Part shown: piece by piece, positions 1 through 8,725 of the stretch | Layout: the number at the start of each line of letters is the position of its first letter | How positions within the stretch are numbered: position 1 is the first letter of the stretch | Source of the DNA: a virus | Lineage: Duplodnaviria; Caudoviricetes | Length of the DNA: 45,145 bases | Reading direction: 5' to 3' (one strand) | Virus record (IMG/VR): IMGVR_UViG_3300042923_001790 | Span: 1-45,145 of that record | Notes under the pieces: model-generated | What the model was told of the DNA's origin: nothing | Databases searched by the model: none | Seen by the model: the letters and a program-made list of their open reading frames with translations, nothing else | Made by a program: the position numbers and the translations under genes

Positions 1-2688
1 CCGCTCGACATAGTCCCGCACGCCCTTTTCGAAATTCTCCAGCGAGACCTGCACGTTGTCGGCCCGCACCGAGGGAGCCTCTAGGTCCACATAGGACCAT
101 TGGCCCTGCTTGCCGCTGGTCCCGATGGCGGCGACCGCCAGCCGCAGCGCCAGCGGATCGACCACCGCGGAAATTTTCGGCAGTCGCGTTTCCGGCAGCG
201 GCGTCCAGCTCTCGCCGCCATCATAGGAGACCCGGGCGGTGTAGATGACGGCGCCGGCGGCCGGGAACCAGCTGGCCTCGACGCGCCGCGGGACCTCGTT
301 GGCGATGAAGCGGGCCGTCAGCCCAGCGACGACGAGCTGCTGCTGGTTGCTGAGAGGGGAGCCGTCGGGAAGCGGCGGCGGTTCGGTCAGGTCTTCGTCG
401 TGGACGCGCTCGTCGTCGACGAAGAGTTCGATGCCGACGCGATCCCCGGAAGGCGAGCCGGAGGTGACGACGCAGCGCCGCATCCATGTCGTGCCGAGCC
501 CGAGCGAGAAGCTCGGGAGCTCGCCGCCGTCGCTACGCGCCAGCACATCCTCGAGGTCCAAGCCCTGCACCGTCTCCACGGCGGTGAGGTCCGCATTGTC
601 GAGGACGGCGATGCTGTCATTGGCGCCGCGGGCGCATTTGATCGGGCCGAACGCCTTCCCGCGCGCCGTCCGCAGCACGATGTAGAACTGCCCGGCTTGC
701 CACTCAATCGGCCGGTCGAGGATCAGCCCGGTGCCTACGGCGCGAACAACCTTGCCGGCCTGCCCCCACTCCTGCGGCAGGCTCGACTGCAGCAGGATCG
801 GCGTGCCGATGGACAGGAGCCGGCCGTCATGCTCGGTTTCATGGGAGACCCGCCGGCGACGATAGAGGTTCTGGCGCAGCAGGAATTCCGCCTCGCGTTG
901 CGCCTGCGCCCGCTTCACGATGCCCGGGATCTGCAGCCGGGTAGCATCGGCTATCTGTTCCTCGGTGGCGCTGCGCGGTGCCACGGCCTCCTGCGGCGTC
1001 CAGGTGCTCTCGTCGATGTATTCGAGCACGACGCACTGTGACGCCTCGGTCGGCTTCAGCAGGTATTCGACCTCGAGCGAGCCGCGGACGATCTCGCTGT
1101 CGGTCAGCATCATCGACGGCAGCGAGGCCCACTCGTCGCGCACCAGCGAGAGCGTGCCGCCGAGCCATTTGTGCTTGGTGCGGCAGACCGCGAGCGCGAT
1201 GTCGAGCGCATCGGTGACCGGTTGGGTCGAGGTGAAGTCGTAGTCGAAGGTGTCGCCGCGCGCCGCGCACTTCACGGCGAGGTCGACGAACGCCTGAAAG
1301 TCGGTGCGGGCCAGCGGGAATCGCCCGCCATAGTCGGCATTGGTCGCGATATCGAGCGCCGCCCAGGCCGGCGAGCGCGTCGCCTGCTCCACCCATGCCG
1401 AGCCGTTCCACACCGGCAGGATCCGCGTCTCGACGACGGAAAGCTGGCTGGCGGCGTCGCCGCTGAATTGGTCGGTAGCCTTCGCCCGGATGGCGATCGT
1501 CGAGACCGGGAAGCTCTTCGGCCCGGTGATGAAGGCGCGCAGGCCGGCCCAGGTGATGGTGTCGGAGACCTTGCTGTCGGTGGACTTCACCGTGGTGCGC
1601 TGGACGCGGACCGCATAGCGGCCGGCCGGGACGTCGGCTGCCAGGCTGAAGCGGATCGGGCTCTTCGAGCAGAACGGCACGCTGGGACCGAAGCCGAGGG
1701 TCTGCCAATCGCCGGTCGGCGCGCCGGCGGCATTGATCGGCTGATACTGGGCGAGGACCGGCACGAAGGTGGGTGTCAGCACGCCTTCATCGTTCACCGT
1801 GCCGCAGCCCTGCGGCATCACGATATCGACCACCAGGCGGGTTGCCGTCGTGCCCGGCGCGTTCGCGGCGAAGCCGCCGGTCCACGTCGGATAGGCGAGT
1901 TCCTGCCCGTCTACCTCGGTCGAGGTTTCGACGTTGATCGGAAACGCCGTGATGGTCTGGCCGGGGTTGTAGAAACTGACGGTGACGCCTTCGAACTGCG
2001 GATTCACCCCGCCGCCGGAGGTCCACAGCGAGGTGTCGCCAGTGAGGATCTGTTCGCGAGAGAACTTCCCCTCTCCTTCCGATAACAGGATGTGGACGTA
2101 CTGGTCGTTGCCCTCGAAGCTCGACCACGGCACCGCCGCGTAATCGAGCATCCGCTTGGTGCGCCCATAGGCACTCGGCACGGGCTGCAGCGGCTTTGCC
2201 GAGTTGGTCTGCCGCGCCCACGAATAGATCGCCGTCTCCGGCGTCTGGGAGCCGCCGGGCTGCACCGACGCCAGCGTCGATATCAGGAAGCCGCCGCCGA
2301 GCATGATGGCGCCGGTGAACACGCTGCTGGCGATCGTGGCGGCCCCGCCGGTGAAAAGCGCCCCAGCAAGCGCGCCGCCGGCCCACGGTGCCAGCGCGGT
2401 GAGCGCGATCACGCCCAGCAGTCCGGCGACCGAACTGCCGCCCAGCGAGCCGCCGAACGGCAGCGAGCGGAACTCGACGGCCATGCCGATCTTAATGCGG
2501 GTTTTGCGCCAGGCGGCGCGGAGCACCGGCTCGCCGTCGACAACGCAAATGGTCGGCAGCCGTGTCGTGCTCCAGCCGGCGCGGCGCAGGAATCCGGCGA
2601 TCGTCTCGCGGGCGCGCGGCATGGCGCGGGCGAGTTCGATCCCCGGCGCTGCGATATGCAGAACCGGCAGCATGGTCACAGCGGTCAT
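1..2688 (-). CDS. Tail tip / host-specificity (J-like central hub) protein, 3'-truncated by the window edge
   Basis: Not in the ORF track (no stop in window). Manual translation from ATG 2688: MTAVTMLPVLHIAAPG...ARQTNSAKPLQPVPSAYGRTKRMLDYAAVPWSSFEGNDQYVHILL; same frame reads ...ENFEKGVRDYVER at positions 60-1; follows the NlpC/P60 gene. Confidence 0.85.
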   Translation of the reverse strand, partial: MTAVTMLPVLHIAAPGIELARAMPRARETIAGFLRRAGWSTTRLPTICVVDGEPVLRAAWRKTRIKIGMAVEFRSLPFGGSLGGSSVAGLLGVIALTALAPWAGGALAGALFTGGAATIASSVFTGAIMLGGGFLISTLASVQPGGSQTPETAIYSWARQTNSAKPLQPVPSAYGRTKRMLDYAAVPWSSFEGNDQYVHILLSEGEGKFSREQILTGDTSLWTSGGGVNPQFEGVTVSFYNPGQTITAFPINVETSTEVDGQELAYPTWTGGFAANAPGTTATRLVVDIVMPQGCGTVNDEGVLTPTFVPVLAQYQPINAAGAPTGDWQTLGFGPSVPFCSKSPIRFSLAADVPAGRYAVRVQRTTVKSTDSKVSDTITWAGLRAFITGPKSFPVSTIAIRAKATDQFSGDAASQLSVVETRILPVWNGSAWVEQATRSPAWAALDIATNADYGGRFPLARTDFQAFVDLAVKCAARGDTFDYDFTSTQPVTDALDIALAVCRTKHKWLGGTLSLVRDEWASLPSMMLTDSEIVRGSLEVEYLLKPTEASQCVVLEYIDESTWTPQEAVAPRSATEEQIADATRLQIPGIVKRAQAQREAEFLLRQNLYRRRRVSHETEHDGRLLSIGTPILLQSSLPQEWGQAGKVVRAVGTGLILDRPIEWQAGQFYIVLRTARGKAFGPIKCARGANDSIAVLDNADLTAVETVQGLDLEDVLARSDGGELPSFSLGLGTTWMRRCVVTSGSPSGDRVGIELFVDDERVHDEDLTEPPPLPDGSPLSNQQQLVVAGLTARFIANEVPRRVEASWFPAAGAVIYTARVSYDGGESWTPLPETRLPKISAVVDPLALRLAVAAIGTSGKQGQWSYVDLEAPSVRADNVQVSLENFEKGVRDYVER

Positions 2689-2693
2689 GAAGA

Positions 2694-3113
2694 TCAGTCC
2701 GTCACAGGCTCGTAGAAGCGCAGGCGGTTCCAGCCGGCGGCACGCAGGGCTGGCGCCGCTTCGATCTGCACGCCGAAGGCTTCGTCGCAGTGGATCACGC
2801 GGCGCTCCGGAGCGAGCCAGACGCCGATGTGCGCGGCGCGATCGGCGCGCGCCATGGCGACCAGGGCGCCATCCGGCGCGGCGATAAGCCCCGGCACAGG
2901 CGGCGGTGGGACCTCACACCAGCGCTCGCGCTCGGGATGGCTGGCGATCGTGTCCATCATCCAACGCCAGCCCAGCGCATCCGGCAGGGTGATGTCGGGC
3001 AGGATGCGGCCGAAAAGGTCGAGCTCGATCTCCTGCGCCAGCGCCCAGCAGGACCGCTCCCGCGACCACGGCCGGCCGATCAATGAGGTGAGGTAGGCCG
3101 TGCGGTCGATCAT
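2694..3113 (-). CDS. NlpC/P60-family tail tip protein (lambda K-like)
   Basis: SCWAL...AHIGVW...VIHC Cys/His motifs; position in tail tip module. Confidence 0.85.
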   Translation of the reverse strand: MIDRTAYLTSLIGRPWSRERSCWALAQEIELDLFGRILPDITLPDALGWRWMMDTIASHPERERWCEVPPPPVPGLIAAPDGALVAMARADRAAHIGVWLAPERRVIHCDEAFGVQIEAAPALRAAGWNRLRFYEPVTD

Positions 3114-3310
3114 TCAGAAGGCACCTCTTGCGGAAGCGACGGCGGCGCGCGAGGGCCTTCGATCTCGACAATCTCATTGCCGGGGTAGAGGACGAAGTTG
3201 CCCTCGTCGTCGATGCGACCCCAGCCCTGCTTGATGGCGATCGCCTCGCACTCCTCGCGGGTATCCCGCGTGCGGACCCGATCGCCATAGACGAGGATGT
3301 CGAAGGGCAT
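3110..3310 (-). CDS. Small hypothetical tail-module protein (66 aa)
   Basis: Start/stop overlaps with both neighbours. Confidence 0.6.
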   Translation of the reverse strand: MPFDILVYGDRVRTRDTREECEAIAIKQGWGRIDDEGNFVLYPGNEIVEIEGPRAPPSLPQEVPSE

Positions 3311-3846
3311 CAGCGCACCAACCCCGGGAACTTCGACCGGGTGTAGACCCGTGTCGGGAACTTCTTGTCGGACAGATTGGACACCCGCGCCGAGCCGGTG
3401 ATCCTCGTGGCGTTCACCTTCACGGTGCTGATGATGAACTCCACCGGGCCATAGCAGGGCTCGGAGAGATCCTCGCTGCTGTACTGGCGGAAGATCGCCT
3501 TGAGGTCGGCGCTGTACCCGACCGCCTCTTCCAGAGCGGCCGTGAACTCGCGGGCGACGTTGTCGATCGAGATATCACAGCGAGGGACTTGGCCTTCGGC
3601 ATAGGCCGGGAACGCCGCGCCGAAGGCGGACGGCGCGAAGGTGTCGGTCGCACCCGGCGTGAACAGCGCGCCGGCCTCGATCCCGAACACCATCTCCATC
3701 ACGGCATTGACGATGCGCGCGGGGGTCGCGTTGCCCTCCCCGTCCTGCAGGGCCGGGTGCTGAAGTTCCAGCGTGTCATAGGTGATGACGTCGGTCGGGC
3801 AGGACGCCACGGCCTCTTCGATGGCAGCCGTCCAGGGGTTCGCCAT
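3310..3846 (-). CDS. DUF1833-like minor tail protein
   Basis: YDTLELQHP...CDISIDNVARE...KFPTRVYTRSKFPGL pattern; synteny. Confidence 0.8.
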   Translation of the reverse strand: MANPWTAAIEEAVASCPTDVITYDTLELQHPALQDGEGNATPARIVNAVMEMVFGIEAGALFTPGATDTFAPSAFGAAFPAYAEGQVPRCDISIDNVAREFTAALEEAVGYSADLKAIFRQYSSEDLSEPCYGPVEFIISTVKVNATRITGSARVSNLSDKKFPTRVYTRSKFPGLVR

Positions 3847-3849
3847 CGA

Positions 3850-4242
3850 TCAGACTTCCGGCGGCGTCATCGACGCGGGAAAGACGAGAGCGGTGAACTG
3901 CACCATCGTCTCGACGCCGAGGGAACTGTATTGGATGCCACCGGCGCCGCGGACGATCTGCACCACGCGGGTTTCATACGTCTGCCCGTCGACGGAAACC
4001 GGCATCAGAAAACGAGCTGCGCCATTTGCGATTGTAGGCAGGAAGGCTTTGAAGGACGCCATCTGGGTCGTGGTGAGGCTCCGTCCCCACTGCATCGTAC
4101 CGAGATCGTCGCCAGCGCGGCGCCGTTGACGAACGTCGCCACCATCCATTTCCGTAGCGAGCGCCTCGCGACCGGGGACATAGTTCCACGCCGAGCGCTC
4201 GGGGCGGAACGGAACGGCGCTCGGCCAATCCAGATAAGCCAT
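3850..4242 (-). CDS. Distal tail / minor tail protein
   Basis: WPSAVP...ATEMDGGDVRQRRR motif immediately after the tape measure gene. Confidence 0.75.
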   Translation of the reverse strand: MAYLDWPSAVPFRPERSAWNYVPGREALATEMDGGDVRQRRRAGDDLGTMQWGRSLTTTQMASFKAFLPTIANGAARFLMPVSVDGQTYETRVVQIVRGAGGIQYSSLGVETMVQFTALVFPASMTPPEV

Positions 4243-7200
4243 CAGGAAGTCTGCCTCCGAACACCGTAGGCCCGCTCAAGCGAGCGGGCGATGCGGCCGC
4301 GCCCCGCGATTTGCTCGTCGACGACGGATTCAACAGCGCGCCTGATCACGACATCGAGGTCGACGCCGCCATCCGGCCGCTGGCGCTGAGTGACCTCCGC
4401 GGTCTCGCCGGGCAGCGTGCGAACATTGACGTTGATCTGCGGAGCCGCGCCGGCTGCGCGATTGTCGTTCGCGGTCTGCTTGAATTGGCGGATCGCGCCG
4501 ACCGCGCCACCATCGGCATAGCCCCTGAGGCCGCGATGCAGCGCGTCGAGGTTGCCGACGCCTGCGCTCCGGACCGCCTCCTGCGAGAAAACGAACTCGC
4601 CGCGATGCACGAGACCGGCGGCGTCGTACTTGCCGCCGGCGCCGGTGTACCCGCCGACGTCGTAGACGCCTTGACCGGTGGCCGGTGCATAGCCCGTCAG
4701 GTGGGCTCCGGAACTGGAAGGCACCCCGAAGTTGAAAAAGCCCGAAATGATGCTGCCCAGCGTGTTGCTTCCGCCCGTGCCCGGCCCGAAGAGGCTCGCG
4801 GCCAGGTTCTGCATCGCGATGTCGAGCACCACGTTCAGTGCGCGCTTGGCGGCATTCTCCAGCGCCTCCATGGCGTCCGCGCCGTCGAGGATGTCGCTGA
4901 CGAAGCCGGAGAGGAAATCGCCGGCTATGTCCCGGGTGGTGCTGAGGATGGCATTCAGCCGGAGCGCCTGCGCCTCAAAGGAATCGAGGTCGACGGCGAG
5001 CCCGGCGGAACGCAAAGTCGAGGCGATCTGCTGATCGATGGGCCCACGGCCGAGTTGATCACGTTCGAACTGGACATCTGCCATCAGGTTGAGCCGCGCC
5101 GTCAGCTCCGCCTTGCGGCCTAGCTCGGCGTTCTGCTGTTTCAGCAGTTCAAGCTGGCGCTCGTCGACGGCGGTGCCGTTGGCGTCGGCCTCGCGCTTCA
5201 ACTCCCAATAACTCTGGAAGTTGGCCCGGAGCTCGGCGACCTCGCCAGCCGTCTTCCCGATGAGCTCGGCTTCAAGTTCCTGCGCTGCGACGCTCTGCTG
5301 CGCGCCGAGCAGACGATCCCGACCGGCCTGGTCAAGTGCCACCGTCGCCTGCGTCAGTTCGCGCGTAGCCGCCGCCTCGGCGCGGGCCGCCGCGGTCTTG
5401 CCGTCGGCCCCTTCGGCCTCCGCGCGGTAGCGCTCCAGCGCCGCCGACGCCGCCGCCCGCTGTTCCGGCGTGATCGCCTTCAGCAGGGCGATCTCAAGTT
5501 CCTGCTCACGGCGCACGACCTCGGCCTGGGGAACAAGGTTCCCATAGGCATCGGTCATGGAGCGGATTTGGTTCGTGACGCCTTCGAGGGCGCTCTGCTG
5601 CCCAGTCGTATCACCAAGACCGTGATCGAGGGCGCGCTGCAAATCAGCCTGCTGCTCCTGAAGACGGAGCAGATCCCCGTAGCGGCTGTCCCAAGAACGA
5701 AGCGCGTCGCCGCCCGCTGTCGAGTATCGGTTGAGCTGAGCTTCGTTGGCGCGCAGCGCGGATAGTCGCCGCTGCTGCTCCATGTAATCCTCGACCACGG
5801 CCATCTCGGCCTCGATCGCGGACTTCCTCCATCCCGCCCACGACGGAGTTTCCTCGAGATTGCGCTGCAAGTCCGCCAAGCGCTGCTGCGTCAGCGGAAT
5901 CTCGAAGCTCTCACTAATGATTTTGCCAGTATTAGCAAAGCCTTCGGAGATCGAATTCGAGACGGACTTCCACGCGCGCCCGAGGGCGGTCAACCGGCTT
6001 TCCGCCTGAGGCAGCACGCGAACCAAGCGGTCGAGCAGCACTGCCTGTGCTTCGGTGGTACGGTTCGCCGCCTCAAGCCCCTTTACGTATTGAAGCGTTG
6101 TATCGTCGAGAAAATTCAGCTTGAGGTTCAGATCATCGGCACCCTTTGCCGGATCTGCGAATGCTTCTGCCAATTCTTGCCCGGCCTGCACGACGTCGCC
6201 CGTCGTGATGCTTGCATAGTTCGCAGCAGCTTCGGTTAGTCCGATAAAGAACTGCGTCCCGATACGACCGGTCGCCGCGAACGCGCCAGCAATATCGCGC
6301 GCCGCCCCTTGGGAGATGTCGGCGGCATCAGCGGCCGCGGATGCAATAGCCATAATATCTTGCACCGACGCGCCAGTTTCACGCCCTCGGCCGGCTAGTG
6401 CGGCTTGCAGTTCCTTTTCCGCCAAGATCCAGCTGGCATAGGCGGCGGTTGCCGTCACCCCTACCGCCGCGATAGCCGTGACCGCCGCGCCCATTGGCGT
6501 GACTAGACCGGCCATCGAATTTCCCAGCGCGCGCACGCCAGCGACCACACCGCCCTCGCGGGTGGAGAGGATCTGGTAGATTTGGCCTGCCTGCGACGCG
6601 AAGACCTGCATGGGGTTGGCCCCCATCGCCAGCATCGTAACGATGTCGTTGATTTGAAACGACAAGTTCGACAGGTCGAAGGTGCTCAGCGTGCGGCGCG
6701 TTTGCTCAAAGCCGCGCAGCATGACGACCTGCTGAGCGAAGGCGTCCTTCGTCCGCTGGATGGAAGCGGCACGCTCGGTTTCCGTCAGGATGCCGAGTTT
6801 GGCGGCCTGATTGATCTCGTCGAGGGTCTCCTTGTAGACGCGCTGCACCTGTGCGAGCGGTAGGTATTTCTCGCGCAGACGCTGGATTTCATTGCCGACG
6901 GCGGCGATGTCGGCTGCGCGCGCATCGGTGCCGAAGTCATTGCGAACGCCGAGGCGCTGATTGACCGTGGCCTGGGCAGCCGCCGCGCGGGAGCGCGCAA
7001 GGTCCGCCTCCGCCTGCCGTGCCTTCACCAGCCCGGCATAATAGCGATCGAGCTCGGCCGCCCATGCTGCGATGTCCGCCGCACGGGAATCCGTGCCGAA
7101 GTCGGTTCGCACCCCGAGGAGCGCGTTGTAGCGCTGCTGACCAGCCGCGGCCTCGGCGATCGCTCGCGTTTCCTGCTCGACGCGGCGCGTCATCTCCTGC

Positions 7201-7553
7201 TGCGCGGCCGAAACGATCCGATGCTTCGCATGCATCAGGTCGAGCGTCCGGGCGTATTCCTCCGCAGTGATTGCGCCCTGCTGAAGAGCGCGATCCAACC
7301 GCTGGTGCTCGCGCGCGAGGATCTGGATCGTGCGGAATTCTTCGTCGTACTTCCGGCGGACGCCATCGGCCGCATTCGAGGCGGAGAGCTGACGCTTCGT
7401 CACTGTGTCGGTGACGGTCGCCATGGTCTCGCCGGTGCGGGCGACGTTGCCCTGCGCCGCCGCCACCGCATTGAGGTCCGCGGCCGCCTTATCGGCGCCG
7501 CGGCTCTCATATTGCGTGACGACACGCCGGATCTGTTCGACGGTGGTGGCCAT
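4242..7553 (-). CDS. Tail tape measure protein (lambda-like)
   Basis: About 1100 aa, Ala-rich helical; NLSFQINDIVTMLAMGANPMQVFASQAGQI motif and C-terminal GGYTGAGGKYDAAGLVHRGEFV; likely start ATG 7553. Confidence 0.95.
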   Translation of the reverse strand: MATTVEQIRRVVTQYESRGADKAAADLNAVAAAQGNVARTGETMATVTDTVTKRQLSASNAADGVRRKYDEEFRTIQILAREHQRLDRALQQGAITAEEYARTLDLMHAKHRIVSAAQQEMTRRVEQETRAIAEAAAGQQRYNALLGVRTDFGTDSRAADIAAWAAELDRYYAGLVKARQAEADLARSRAAAAQATVNQRLGVRNDFGTDARAADIAAVGNEIQRLREKYLPLAQVQRVYKETLDEINQAAKLGILTETERAASIQRTKDAFAQQVVMLRGFEQTRRTLSTFDLSNLSFQINDIVTMLAMGANPMQVFASQAGQIYQILSTREGGVVAGVRALGNSMAGLVTPMGAAVTAIAAVGVTATAAYASWILAEKELQAALAGRGRETGASVQDIMAIASAAADAADISQGAARDIAGAFAATGRIGTQFFIGLTEAAANYASITTGDVVQAGQELAEAFADPAKGADDLNLKLNFLDDTTLQYVKGLEAANRTTEAQAVLLDRLVRVLPQAESRLTALGRAWKSVSNSISEGFANTGKIISESFEIPLTQQRLADLQRNLEETPSWAGWRKSAIEAEMAVVEDYMEQQRRLSALRANEAQLNRYSTAGGDALRSWDSRYGDLLRLQEQQADLQRALDHGLGDTTGQQSALEGVTNQIRSMTDAYGNLVPQAEVVRREQELEIALLKAITPEQRAAASAALERYRAEAEGADGKTAAARAEAAATRELTQATVALDQAGRDRLLGAQQSVAAQELEAELIGKTAGEVAELRANFQSYWELKREADANGTAVDERQLELLKQQNAELGRKAELTARLNLMADVQFERDQLGRGPIDQQIASTLRSAGLAVDLDSFEAQALRLNAILSTTRDIAGDFLSGFVSDILDGADAMEALENAAKRALNVVLDIAMQNLAASLFGPGTGGSNTLGSIISGFFNFGVPSSSGAHLTGYAPATGQGVYDVGGYTGAGGKYDAAGLVHRGEFVFSQEAVRSAGVGNLDALHRGLRGYADGGAVGAIRQFKQTANDNRAAGAAPQINVNVRTLPGETAEVTQRQRPDGGVDLDVVIRRAVESVVDEQIAGRGRIARSLERAYGVRRQTS

Positions 7554-7619
7554 GGAGGATCCTTGCCGCGACGAAAGCGGGACAGCTAGTCTCGTCATCG
7601 TCGACCCTGGGGAGCAGCG

Positions 7620-7934
7620 ATGCGGATCTTTCTCGTCGTCTTGTTGATCGTCTTGATTGCTACAGGCACAATTGCCTATACACAGCTATCTATCTTCTCT
7701 GTTCAACCTATTGGCGCCGTTCCGGAAGGCAGAACAGTTTTGTTGTTACGAAACGGCCCGATGGAATTCATCGACAGCGCCGATGCGATATGCATGAGAA
7801 CTACGGGAAGCGTGACACTACTATGTCGCGGAGCCGTACTGGGCCGCGTGTCCTCGTCACCAATATTGCTGCGATTACCTTATCAACGATGGCTGTATCT
7901 GATTTCGACGGATGGGCGCGAATTTGGAGAGTAG
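7620..7934 (+). CDS. Moron: small N-terminally membrane-anchored protein (104 aa)
   Basis: Opposite strand to tail genes, lower GC, GGAG RBS, hydrophobic N-terminus, two Cys. Confidence 0.8.
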   Translation: MRIFLVVLLIVLIATGTIAYTQLSIFSVQPIGAVPEGRTVLLLRNGPMEFIDSADAICMRTTGSVTLLCRGAVLGRVSSSPILLRLPYQRWLYLISTDGREFGE

Positions 7935-7945
7935 CCACTCTAAGC

Positions 7946-7980
7946 AGAGGAGGGCAGTCCTATGTGAACCGCCCTCCTCC
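7946..7980 (-). other. Strong RNA hairpin closing the 3' side of the GGY/NN array
   Basis: Minus strand GGAGGAGGGCGGUUC-ACAUA-GGACUGCCCUCCUCU; the stem extends via G:U pairs only on the minus strand. Confidence 0.75.
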
Positions 7981-8001
7981 ACACGTGTCATGGCTAGCTC
8001 G

Positions 8002-8170
8002 ACCTTTCCGTGCCGCGCCTCGCCACTCCAAGCCCCACCTCGCCTAGCCTGCCGGACCGCACCTTTCCAAGGCTCGACAGGACTTGCCTTGACGTGCCTG
8101 CCCACCACAACAAGCCGTATCTAGACTTACCTTGCCTTGCCGCAACTCACCTTGCCTGCCCTGCCCGCCT
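8002..8170 (-). repeat. Array of three GGCAGGC-(NN-GGY)n units with strict 5-nt periodicity
   Basis: GGCAGGC at 8160-8154, 8102-8096 and 8053-8047 (minus strand), each followed by 9-10 variable dinucleotides separated by G-starting triplets, mostly GGC/GGT. Confidence 0.9.
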
Positions 8171-8218
8171 TTCGGCGCCCGAGGTTGAGAACCGCTAACT
8201 CTCGGCGTAACGCAAAGA

Positions 8219-8725
8219 TCAGTTCGTCTTCTTTCCCGGAAGATGCTTTTCGACGTCGTCGATCACCTCGAAGAGTTCAGAGAACTCCTTCAGATCCTTG
8301 TAGCGTGCACGCCACTGCTGAAGCTCGCGCCAAGCACGCTGCAGAACCATCTGCCGGGTTTTCGTTTGGCTCATGGCGTGCCCGGCCTCTCGGTAGTGCG
8401 GCGCGCCGGGCTCAGGGATATGGACATAGGCCTTCGTCCGCACCGCCGGACGGTCATCGGACGTATAGATCGCCACCACAGCGCGGATAAGCCCGCGAGC
8501 CTGATGCAGCCGATACTGCCGTGCCGCTTCCGTGTCGCTCCATTCGAAGAAGGAATGAAGGGGGCTATTCGGGTTTTCGGCGTCCTTGAGCACGTCTTCC
8601 GGCGTCAGCTCGCCATGCTGCTGCTGCCGCAGGAGTTCGAGATGTTCGCCAACGGATTTGGCGTCGAGCGCGGCGCCGGCCTGGAATCGGGTGCCTTGGC
8701 TGAATTCGAAACCGGCTATCTTCAT
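8219..8725 (-). CDS. Conserved phage protein translationally coupled to the RAMP-like gene (168 aa)
   Basis: TGATG overlap at 8723-8727; motif LTPEDVLKDAENPNSPLHSFFEWSDTEAARQYRLHQARGLIR. Confidence 0.85.
   Translation of the reverse strand: MKIAGFEFSQGTRFQAGAALDAKSVGEHLELLRQQQHGELTPEDVLKDAENPNSPLHSFFEWSDTEAARQYRLHQARGLIRAVVAIYTSDDRPAVRTKAYVHIPEPGAPHYREAGHAMSQTKTRQMVLQRAWRELQQWRARYKDLKEFSELFEVIDDVEKHLPGKKTN

Larger units (their letters stand above)
7946..8207 (-). ncRNA. Putative guide-RNA array transcript (hairpin - three GGY/NN units - hairpin)
   Basis: Non-coding gap directly downstream of the RAMP-like operon, bounded by hairpins at 8176-8207 and 7946-7980; transcription is inferred. Confidence 0.7.

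Noticed and set aside
100-2715. Long plus-strand ORFs (100-1041, 1171-2085, 2092-2715)
   Set aside because: Antisense shadows of the minus-strand tail-tip gene in high-GC DNA.
8002-8170. Canonical CRISPR array or simple microsatellite
   Set aside because: There are no 25-40 nt identical repeats with unique spacers and no cas1/cas2. The variation is confined to fixed phase positions, unlike slippage repeats.
7790-8490. Short ORFs across the array (7790-8047, 7875-8108, 7912-8124, 8010-8198, 8137-8490)
   Set aside because: Low-complexity translations of a 5-nt periodic sequence with no convincing RBS; a 5-nt period is not compatible with codon structure.
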